A DNA stretch of 64,000 nucleotides from Auanema rhodensis (lineage: Eukaryota > Animalia > Nematoda), in assembly GCA_964057225.1 (NCBI GenBank), contig OZ059899.1, positions 1,302,001-1,366,000 of the forward strand. The letters are read 5' to 3'. A program made the position numbers and the translations under genes. Under the pieces are notes generated by a model, which saw nothing but the letters and a program-made list of their open reading frames with translations, did not search any database and was not told the origin of the DNA. This document shows positions 52,401-64,000 of this stretch, piece after piece; position 1 is the first letter of the stretch, and the number at the start of each line of letters is the position of its first letter.

Positions 52401-53700
52401 AGGATATAAGTGTGAACTTATATCAGTTGATATCTCGGTGCATTTTTAAGCTAGCGCAAATCTGATAACACAGATCAACGCAGCTTAAAAATCCGCAGCG
52501 AATGCACTATACTACATTGAGAAACGCTTAATACAAAAATTAGTTATGATCGTTTGAAAAATGATGCATTAGTGTATGTTGAGTTTCCATGTACACTCAA
52601 CATTGCTTCCAAAAACATTTTGACAAAAATTTTTTCGAAAAATTTCAAAAGAATTTAGCAAAAAGTAGATGTTTTTAGATTCCATTTTTCAAGGCAAAGA
52701 CGATGGACAATGTTATTCAACGAAAAAATTATTTCTTCATTGTGAAAATCGAGGATATAAGTGTGAACTTATATCAGTTGATATCTCGGTGCATTTTTAA
52801 GTTAGCGCAAATCTGATAACACAGATCGACGCAGCTTAAAAATCCGCATCGAATGCACTATACTACATTGAGAAACGCTTGATACAAAAATTAGTTATGA
52901 TCGTTTGAAAAATGATGCATTAGTGTATGTTGAGTTTCCATGTACACTCAACATTGCTTCCAAAAACATTTTGACAAAAATTTTTTCGAAAAATTTCAAA
53001 AGAATTTAGCAAAAAGTAGATGTTTTTAGATTCCATTTTTCAAGGCAAAGACGATGGACAATGTTATTCAACGAAAAAATTATTTCTTCATTGTGAAAAT
53101 CGAGGATATAAGTGTGAACTTATATCAGTTGATATCTCGGTGCATTTTTAAGTTAGCGCAAATCTGATAACACAGATCGACGCAGCTTAAAAATCCGCAT
53201 CGAATGCACTATACTACATTGAGAAACGCTTGATACAAAAATTAGTTATGATCGTTTGAAAAATGATGCATTAGTGTATGTTGAGTTTCCATGTACACTC
53301 AACATTGCTTCCAAAAACATTTTGACAAAAATTTTTTAGAAAAATTTCAAAATAATTTAGCAAAAAGTAGATGTTTTTAGATTCCATTTTTCAAGGCAAA
53401 GACGATGGACAATGTTATTCAACGAAAAAATTAATTCTTCAGGGTGAAAATCGAGGATATAAGTGTGAACTTATATCAGTTGATATCTCGGTGCATTTTT
53501 AAGCTAGCGCAAATCTGATAACACAGATCGACGCAGCTTAAAAATCCGCAGCGAATGCACTATACTACATTGAGAAACGCTTAATACAAAAATTAGTTAT
53601 GATCGTTTGAAAAATGATGCATTAGTGTATGTTGAGTTTCCATGTACACTCAACATTGCTTCCAAAAACATTTTGACAAAAATTTTTTCGAAAAATTTCA
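46449..53700. repeat. Copy 2 of the long-range duplication (offset 14040 = 40 monomers, then 13689 = 39 monomers)
   Basis: Markers at ~47389, ~48799, ~49145 and ~51438 lie at +14040; markers at 52477 and 53338 lie at +13689. Confidence 0.9.
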
Positions 53701-56700
53701 AAAGAATTTAGCAAAAAGTAGATGTTTTTAGATTCCATTTTTCAAGGCAAAGACGATGGACAATGTTATTCAACGAAAAAATTATTTCTTCATTGTGAAA
53801 ATCGAGGATATAAGTGTGAACTTATATCAGTTGATATCTCGGTGCATTTTTAAGTTAGCGCAAATCTGATAACACAGATCGACGCAGCTTAAAAATCCGC
53901 ATCGAATGCACTATACTACATTGAGAAACGCTTGATACAAAAATTAGTTATGATCGTTTGAAAAATGATGCATTAGTGTATGTTGAGTTTCCATGTACAC
54001 TCAACATTGCTTCCAAAAACATTTTGACAAAAATTTTTTCGAAAAATTTCAAAATAATTTAGCAAAAAGTAGATGTTTTTAGATTCCATTTTTCAAGGCA
54101 AAGACGATGGACAATGTTATTCAACGAAAAAATTAATTCTTCAGGGTGAAAATCGAGGATATAAGTGTGAACTTATATCAGTTGATATCTCGGTGCATTT
54201 TTAAGCTAGCGCAAATCTGATAACACAGATCGACGCAGCTTAAAAATCCGCAGCGAATGCACTATACTACATTGAGAAACGCTTAATACAAAAATTAGTT
54301 ATGATCGTTTGAAAAATGATGCATTAGTGTATGTTGAGTTTCCATGTACACTCAACATTGCTTCCAAAAACATTTTGACAAAAATTTTTTCGAAAAATTT
54401 CAAAAGAATTTAGCAAAAAGTAGATGTTTTTAGATTCCATTTTTCAAGGCAAAGACGATGGACAATGTTATTCAACGAAAAAATTATTTCTTCATTGTGA
54501 AAATCGAGGATATAAGTGTGAACTTATATCAGTTGATATCTCGGTGCATTTTTAAGCTAGCGCAAATCTGATAACACAGATCAACGCAGCTTAAAAATCC
54601 GCAGCGAATGCACTATACTACATTGAGAAACGCTTAATACAAAAATTAGTTATGATCGTTTGAAAAATGATGCATTAGTGTATGTTGAGTTTCCATGTAC
54701 ACTCAACATTGCTTCCAAAAACATTTTGACAAAAATTTTTTCGAAAAATTTCAAAAGAATTTAGCAAAAAGTAGATGTTTTTAGATTCCATTTTTCAAGG
54801 CAAAGACGATGGACAATGTTATTCAACGAAAAAATTATTTCTTCATTGTGAAAATCGAGGATATAAGTGTGAACTTATATCAGTTGATATCTCGGTGCAT
54901 TTTTAAGTTAGCGCAAATCTGATAACACAGATCGACGCAGCTTAAAAATCCGCATCGAATGCACTATACTACATTGAGAAACGCTTGATACAAAAATTAG
55001 TTATGATCGTTTGAAAAATGATGCATTAGTGTATGTTGAGTTTCCATGTACACTCAACATTGCTTCCAAAAACATTTTGACAAAAATTTTTTCGAAAAAT
55101 TTCAAGATAATTTAGCAAAAAGTAGATGTTTTTAGATTCCATTTTTCAAGGCAAAGACGATGGACAATGTTATTCAACGAAAAAATTAATTCTTCAGGGT
55201 GAAAATCGAGGATATAAGTGTGAACTTATATCAGTTGATATCTCGGTGCATTTTTAAGCTAGCGCAAATCTGATAACACAGATCGACGCAGCTTAAAAAT
55301 CCGCAGCGAATGCACTATACTACATTGAGAAACGCTTAATACAAAAATTAGTTATGATCGTTTGAAAAATGATGCATTAGTGTATGTTGAGTTTCCATGT
55401 ACACTCAACATTGCTTCCAAAAACATTTTGACAAAAATTTTTTCGAAAAATTTCAAAAGAATTTAGCAAAAAGTAGATGTTTTTAGATTCCATTTTTCAA
55501 GGCAAAGACGATGGACAATGTTATTCAACGAAAAAATTATTTCTTCATTGTGAAAATCGAGGATATAAGTGTGAACTTATATCAGTTGATATCTCGGTGC
55601 ATTTTTAAGTTAGCGCAAATCTGATAACACAGATCGACGCAGCTTAAAAATCCGCATCGAATGCACTATACTACATTGAGAAACGCTTGATACAAAAATT
55701 AGTTATGATCGTTTGAAAAATGATGCATTAGTGTATGTTGAGTTTCCATGTACACTCAACATTGCTTCCAAAAACATTTTGACAAAAATTTTTTCAAAAA
55801 ATTTCAAAATAATTTAGCAAAAAGTAGATGTTTTTAGATTCCATTTTTCAAGGCAAAGACGATGGACAATGTTATTCAACGAAAAAATTATTTCTTCAGG
55901 GTGAAAATCGAGGATATAAGTGTGAACTTATATCAGTTGATATCTCGGTGCATTTTTAAGCTAGCGCAAATCTGATAACACAGATCGACGCAGCTTAAAA
56001 ATCCGCAGCGAATGCACTATACTACATTGAGAAACGCTTAATACAAAAATTAGTTATGATCGTTTGAAAAATGATGCATTAGTGTATGTTGAGTTTCCAT
56101 GTACACTCAACATTGCTTCCAAAAACATTTTGACAAAAATTTTTTCGAAAAATTTCAAAAGAATTTAGCAAAAAGTAGATGTTTTTAGATTCCATTTTTC
56201 AAGGCAAAGACGATGGACAATGTTATTCAACGAAAAAATTATTTCTTCATTGTGAAAATCGAGGATATAAGTGTGAACTTATATCAGTTGATATCTCGGT
56301 GCATTTTTAAGTTAGCGCAAATCTGATAACACAGATCGACGCAGCATAAAAATCCGCATCGAATGCACTATACTACATTGAGAAACGCTTGATACAAAAA
56401 TTAGTTATGATCGTTTGAAAAATGATGCATTAGTGTATGTTGAGTTTCCATGTACACTCAACATTGCTTCCAAAAACATTTTGACAAAAATTTTTTCGAA
56501 AAATTTCAAAATAATTTAGCGAAAAGTAGATGTTTTTAAATTCCATTTTTCAAGGCAAAGACGATGGACAATGTTATTCAACGAAAAAATTAATTCTTCA
56601 GGGTGAAAATCGAGGATATAAGTGTGAACTTATATCAGTTGATATCTCGGTGCATTTTTAAGCTAGCGCAAATCTGATAACACAGATCGACGCAGCTTAA

Positions 56701-59700
56701 AAATCCGCATCGAATGCACTATACTACATTGAGAAACGCTTAATACAAAAATTAGTTATGATCGTTTGAAAAATGATGCATTAGTGTATGTTGAGTTTCC
56801 ATGTACACTCAACATTGCTTCCAAAAACATTTTGACAAAAATTTTTTCGAAAAATTTCAAAAGAATTTAGCAAAAAGTAGATGTTTTTAGATTCCATTTT
56901 TCAAGGCAAAGACGATGGACAATGTTATTCAACGAAAAAATTATTTCTTCATTGTGAAAATCGAGGATATAAGTGTGAACTTATATCAGTTGATATCTCG
57001 GTGCATTTTTAAGTTAGCGCAAATCTGATAACACAGATCGACGCAGCTTAAAAATCCGCATCGAATGCACTATACTACATTGAGAAACGCTTGATACAAA
57101 AATTAGTTATGATCGTTTGAAAAATGATGCATTAGTGTATGTTGAGTTTCCATGTACACTCAACATTGCTTCCAAAAACATTTTGACAAAAATTTTTTCG
57201 AAAAATTTCAAAATAATTTAGCGAAAAGTAGATGTTTTTAGATTCCATTTTTCAAGGCAAAGACGATGGACAATGTTATTCAACGAAAAAATTAATTCTT
57301 CAGGGTGAAAATCGAGGATATAAGTGTGAACTTATATCAGTTGATATCTCGGTGCATTTTTAAGCTAGCGCAAATCTGATAACACAGATCGACGCAGCTT
57401 AAAAATCCGCAGCGAATGCACTATACTACATTGAGAAACGCTTAATACAAAAATTAGTTATGATCGTTTGAAAAATGATGCATTAGTGTATGTTGAGTTT
57501 CCATGTACACTCAACATTGCTTCCAAAAACATTTTGACAAAAATTTTTTCGAAAAATTTCAAAATAATTTAGCAAAAAGTAGATGTTTTTAGATTCCATT
57601 TTTCAAGGCAAAGACGATGGACAATGTTATTCAACGAAAAAATTATTTCTTCAGGGTGAAAATCGAGGATATAAGTGTGAACTTATATCAGTTGATATCT
57701 CGGTGCATTTTTAAGCTAGCGCAAATCTGATAACACAGATCGACGCAGCTTAAAAATCTGCAGCGAATGCACTATACTACATTGAGAAACGCTTAATACA
57801 AAAATTAGTTATGATCGTTTGAAAAATGATGCATTAGTGTATGTTGAGTTTCCATGTACACTCAACATTGCTTCCAAAAACATTTTGACAAAAATTTTTT
57901 CGAAAAATTTCAAAAGAATTTAGCAAAAAGTAGATGTTTTTAGATTCCATTTTTCAAGGCAAAGACGATGGACAATGTTATTCAACGAAAAAATTATTTC
58001 TTCATTGTGAAAATCGAGGATATAAGTGTGAACTTATATCAGTTGATATCTCGGTGCATTTTTAAGTTAGCGCAAATCTGATAACACAGATCGACGCAGC
58101 ATAAAAATCCGCATCGAATGCACTATACTACATTGAGAAACGCTTGATACAAAAATTAGTTATGATCGTTTGAAAAATGATGCATTAGTGTATGTTGAGT
58201 TTCCATGTACACTCAACATTGCTTCCAAAAACATTTTGACAAAAATTTTTTCGAAAAATTTCAAAATAATTTAGCGAAAAGTAGATGTTTTTAAATTCCA
58301 TTTTTCAAGGCAAAGACGATGGACAATGTTATTCAACGAAAAAATTAATTCTTCAGGGTGAAAATCGAGGATATAAGTGTGAACTTATATCAGTTGATAT
58401 CTCGGTGCATTTTTAAGCTAGCGCAAATCTGATAACACAGATCGACGCAGCTTAAAAATCCGCATCGAATGCACTATACTACATTGAGAAACGCTTAATA
58501 CAAAAATTAGTTATGATCGTTTGAAAAATGATGCATTAGTGTATGTTGAGTTTCCATGTACACTCAACATTGCTTCCAAAAACATTTTGACAAAAATTTT
58601 TTCGAAAAATTTCAAAAGAATTTAGCAAAAAGTAGATGTTTTTAGATTCCATTTTTCAAGGCAAAGACGATGGACAATGTTATTCAACGAAAAAATTATT
58701 TCTTCATTGTGAAAATCGAGGATATAAGTGTGAACTTATATCAGTTGATATCTCGGTGCATTTTTAAGTTAGCGCAAATCTGATAACACAGATCGACGCA
58801 GCTTAAAAATCCGCATCGAATGCACTATACTACATTGAGAAACGCTTGATACAAAAATTAGTTATGATCGTTTGAAAAATGATGCATTAGTGTATGTTGA
58901 GTTTCCATGTACACTCAACATTGCTTCCAAAAACATTTTGACAAAAATTTTTTCGAAAAATTTCAAAAGAATTTAGCAAAAAGTAGATGTTTTTAGATTC
59001 CATTTTTCAAGGCAAAGACGATGGACAATGTTATTCAACGAAAAAATTATTTCTTCATTGTGAAAATCGAGGATATAAGTGTGAACTTATATCAGTTGAT
59101 ATCTCGGTGCATTTTTAAGTTAGCGCAAATCTGATAACACAGATCGACGCAGCTTAAAAATCCGCATCGAATGCACTATACTACATTGAGAAACGCTTGA
59201 TACAAAAATTAGTTATGATCGTTTGAAAAATGATGCATTAGTGTATGTTGAGTTTCCATGTACACTCAACATTGCTTCCAAAAACATTTTGACAAAAATT
59301 TTTTCGAAAAATTTCAGAATAATTTAGCAAAAAGTAGATGTTTTTAGATTCCATTTTTCAAGGCAAAGACGATGGACAATGTTATTCAACGAAAAAATTA
59401 ATTCTTCAGGGTGAAAATCGAGGATATAAGTGTGAACTTATATCAGTTGATATCTCGGTGCATTTTTAAGCTAGCGCAAATCTGATAACACAGATCGACG
59501 CAGCTTAAAAATCCGCAGCGAATGCACTATACTACATTGAGAAACGCTTAATACAAAAATTAGTTATGATCGTTTGAAAAATGATGCATTAGTGTATGTT
59601 GAGTTTCCATGTACACTCAACATTGCTTCCAAAAACATTTTGACAAAAATTTTTTCGAAAAATTTCAAAATAATTTAGCAAAAAGTAGATGTTTTTAGAT

Positions 59701-62700
59701 TCCATTTTTCAAGGCAAAGACGATGGACAATGTTATTCAACGAAAAAATTAATTCTTCAGGGTGAAAATCGAGGATATAAGTGTGAACTTATATCAGTTG
59801 ATATCTCGGTGCATTTTTAAGCTAGCGCAAATCTGATAACACAGATCGACGCAGCTTAATAATCCGCATCGAATGCACTATACTACATTGAGAAACGCTT
59901 AATACAAAAATTAGTTATGATCGTTTGAAAAATGATGCATTAGTGTATGTTGAGTTTCCATGTACACTCAACATTGCTTCCAAAAACATTTTGACAAAAA
60001 TTTTTTCGAAAAATTTCAAAATAATTTAGCGAAAAGTAGATGTTTTTAGATTCTATTTTTCAAGGCAAAGACGATGGACAATGTTATTCAACGAAAAAAT
60101 TAATTCTTCAGGGTGAAAATCGAGGATATAAGTGTGAACTTATATCAGTTGATATCTCGGTGCATTTTTAAGCTAGCGCAAATCTGATAACACAGATCGA
60201 CGCAGCTTAATAATCCGCATCGAATGCACTATACTACATTGAGAAACGCTTAATACAAAAATTAGTTATGATCGTTTGAAAAATGATGCATTAGTGTATG
60301 TTGAGTTTCCATGTACACTCAACATTGCTTCCAAAAACATTTTGACAAAAATTTTTTCGAAAAATTTCAAAATAATTTAGCGAAAAGTAGATGTTTTTAG
60401 ATTCCTTTTTTCAAGGCAAAGACGATGGACAATGTTATTCAACGAAAAAATTAATTCTTCAGGGTAAAAATCGAGGATATAAGTGTAAACTTATATCAGT
60501 TGATATCTCGGTGCATTTTTAAGCTAGCGCAAATCTGATAACACAGATCGACGCAGCTTAAAAATCCGCATCGAATGCACTATACTACATTGAGAAACGC
60601 TTAATACAAAAATTAGTTATGATCGTTTGAAAAATGATGCATTAGTGTATGTTGAGTTTCCATGTACACTCAACATTGCTTCCAAAAACATTTTGACAAA
60701 ACTTTTTTCGAAAAATTTCAAAATAATTTAGCAAAAAGTAGCTGTTTTTAGATTCCATTTTTCAAGGCAAAGACGATGGACAATGTTATTCAACGAAAAA
60801 ATTAATTCTTCAGGGAGAAAATCGAGGATATAAGTGTGAACTTATATCAGTTGATATCTCGGTGCATTTTTAAGCTAGCGCAAATCTGATAACACAGATC
60901 GACGCAGCTTAAAAATCCGCATCGAATGCACTATACTACATTGAGAAACGCTTAATACAAAAATTAGTTATGATCGTTTGAAAAATGATGCATTAGTGTA
61001 TGTTGAGTTTCCATGTACACTCAACATTGCTTCCAAAAACATTTTGACAAAAATTTTTTCGAAAAATTTCAAAAGAATTTAGCAAAAAGTAGATGTTTTT
61101 AGATTCCATTTTTCAAGGCAAAGACGATGGACAATGTTATTCAACGAAAAAATTATTTCTTCATTGTGAAAATCGAGGATATAAGTGTGAACTTATATCA
61201 GTTGATATCTCGGTGCATTTTTAAGTTAGCGCAAATCTGATAACACAGATCGACGCAGCTTAAAAATCCGCATCGAATGCACTATACTACATTGAGAAAC
61301 GCTTGATACAAAAATTAGTTATGATCGTTTGAAAAATGATGCATTAGTGTATGTTGAGTTTCCATGTACACTCAACATTGCTTCCAAAAACATTTTGACA
61401 AAAATTTTTTCGAAAAATTTCAAAATAATTTAGCAAAAAGTAGATGTTTTTAGATTCCATTTTTCAAGGCAAAGACGATGGACAATGTTATTCAACGAAA
61501 AAATTAATTCTTCAGGGTGAAAATCGAGGATATAAGTGTGAACTTATATCAGTTGATATCTCGGTGCATTTTTAAGCTAGCGCAAATCTGATAACACAGA
61601 TCGACGCAGCTTAAAAATCCGCAGCGAATGCACTATACTACATTGAGAAACGCTTAATACAAAAATTAGTTATGATCGTTTGAAAAATGATGCATTAGTG
61701 TATGTTGAGTTTCCATGTACACTCAACATTGCTTCCAAAAACATTTTGACAAAAATTTTTTCGAAAAATTTCAAAATAATTTAGCAAAAAGTAGATGTTT
61801 TTAGATTCCATTTTTCAAGGCAAAGACGATGGACAATGTTATTCAACGAAAAAATTAATTCTTCAGGGTGAAAATCGAGGATATAAGTGTGAACTTATAT
61901 CAGTTGATATCTCGGTGCATTTTTAAGCTAGCGCAAATCTGATAACACAGATCGACGCAGCTTAAAAATCCGCAGCGAATGCACTATACTACATTGAGAA
62001 ACGCTTAATACAAAAATTAGTTATGATCGTTTGAAAAATGATGCATTAGTGTATGTTGAGTTTCCATGTACACTCAACATTGCTTCCAAAAACATTTTGA
62101 CAAAAATTTTTTCGAAAAATTTCAAAAGAATTTAGCAAAAAGTAGATGTTTTTAGATTCCATTTTTAAGGAAAAGACGATGGACAATGTTATTCAACGAA
62201 AAAATTATTTCTTCAGGGTGAAAATCGAGGATATAAGTGTGAACTTATATCAGTTGATATCTCGGTGCATTTTTAAGTTAGCGCAAATCTGATAACACAG
62301 ATCGACGCAGCTTAAAAATCCGCATCGTATGCACTATACTACATTGAGAAACGCTTGATACAAAAATTAGTTATGATCGTTTGAAAAATGATGCATTAGT
62401 GTATGTTGAGTTTCCATGTACACTCAACATTGCTTCCAAAAACATTTTGACAAAAATTTTTTCGAAAAATTTCAAAATAATTTAGCGAAAAGTAGGTGTT
62501 TCTAGATTCCATTTTTCAAGGCAAAGACGATGGACAATGTTATTCAACGAAAAAATTAATTCTTCAGGGTGAAAATCGAGGATATAAGTGTGAACTTATA
62601 TCAGTTGATATCTCGGTGCATTTTTAAGCTAGCGCAAATCTGATAACACAGATCGACGCAGCTTAAAAATCCGCAGCGAATGCACTATACTACATTGAGA

Positions 62701-64000
62701 AACGCTTAATACAAAAATTAGTTATGATCGTTTGAAAAATGATGCATTAGTGTATGTTGAGTTTCCATGTACACTCAACATTGCTTCCAAAAACATTTTG
62801 ACAAAAATTTTTTCGAAAAATTTCAAAAGAATTTAGCAAAAAGTAGATGTTTTTAGATTCCATTTTTCAAGGCAAAGACGATGGACAATGTTATTCAACG
62901 AAAAAATTATTTCTTCATTGTGAAAATCGAGGATATAAGTGTGAACTTATATCAGTTGATATCTCGGTGCATTTTTAAGCTAGCGCAAATCTGATAACAC
63001 AGATCGACGCAGCTTAAAAATCCGCAGCGAATGCACTATACTACATTGAGAAACGCTTAATACAAAAATTAGTTATGATCGTTTGAAAAATGATGCATTA
63101 GTGTATGTTGAGTTTCCATGTACACTCAACATTGCTTCCAAAAACATTTTGACAAAAATTTTTTCGAAAAATTTCAAAAGAATTTAGCAAAAAGTAGATG
63201 TTTTTAGATTCCATTTTTAAGGCAAAGACGATGGACAATGTTATTCAACGAAAAAATTATTTCTTCAGGGTGAAAATCGAGGATATAAGTGTGAACTTAT
63301 ATCAGTTGATATCTCGGTGCATTTTTAAGTTAGCGCAAATCTGATAACACAGATCGACGCAGCTTAAAAATCCGCATCGAATGCACTATACTACATTGAG
63401 AAACGCTTGATACAAAAATTAGTTATGATCGTTTGAAAAATGATGCATTAGTGTATGTTGAGTTTCCATGTACACTCAACATTGCTTCCAAAAACATTTT
63501 GACAAAAATTTTTTCGAAAAATTTCAAAATAATTTAGCGAAAAGTAGATGTTTCTAGATTCCATTTTTCAAGGCAAAGACGATGGACAATGTTATTCAAC
63601 GAAAAAATTAATTCTTCAGGGTGAAAATCGAGGATATAAGTGTGAACTTATATCAGTTGATATCTCGGTGCATTTTTAAGTTAGCGCAAATCTGATAACA
63701 CAGATCGACGCAGCTTAAAAATCCGCATCGAATGCACTATACTACATTGAGAAACGCTTAATACAAAAATTAGTTATGATCGTTTGAAAAATGATGCATT
63801 AGTGTATGTTGAGTTTCCATGTACACTCAACATTGCTTCCAAAAACATTTTGACAAAAATTTTTTCGAAAAATTTCGAAAGAATTTAGCAAAAAGTAGAT
63901 GTTTTTAGATTCCATTTTTCAAGGCAAAGACGATGGACAATGTTATTCAACGAAAAAATTATTTCTTCATTGTGAAAATCGAGGATATAAGTGTGAACTT

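Larger units (their letters stand above)
1..64000. repeat. Tandem satellite DNA array, 351-bp AT-rich monomer, 182 full copies; runs off both window ends
   Basis: ACTTATATCAGTTGATATCTCGG recurs at 1, 352, 703 ... 3511, 7021, 14041, 17551 (=1+351n). After the observed indels (-4 at ~19261, +59 at ~31000, +61 at ~31790, -1 at ~62167, -1 at ~63219) the last start falls at 63997 = 1+182x351+114, so every base is accounted for. No inversion or foreign insertion was seen. Confidence 0.99.

Noticed and set aside
1-64000. CRISPR array
   Set aside because: There are no unique spacers; the entire 351 bp is repeated and there are no cas genes.

Overview
The whole 64 kb window is one uninterrupted head-to-tail satellite DNA array. 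It has 182 complete copies plus 4 bp of a 351-bp, AT-rich monomer (~31% GC by hand count), all in the same orientation. Monomers start at ACTTATATCAG..., e.g. at 1, 352, 3511, 7021, 14041 and 63997. Copies differ by only a few substitutions each, and only 5 monomers deviate from 351 bp. I find no gene, RNA gene, transposon ORF or CRISPR array. The three 63-aa ORFs are the same satellite frame with a TAG>CAG change. The interest lies in the architecture of the array, read from diagnostic SNVs: (i) a monomer tiled by four separate inverted repeats; (ii) a 5-monomer (1755 bp) higher-order repeat and repeated 5-monomer duplication steps; (iii) a ~7.5 kb block duplicated 40, then 39, monomers downstream, with a chimeric monomer at the register shift; (iv) two regional subfamilies with a sharp border at ~30.9 kb, coinciding with a ~30-bp internal triplication; (v) an incipient A/B dimer in the right half. 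This is typical of a eukaryotic (peri)centromeric or heterochromatic satellite under concerted evolution. I cannot name the organism or satellite family, and I cannot support a novel protein- or RNA-based system from this sequence. All counts are by eye and should be confirmed computationally.
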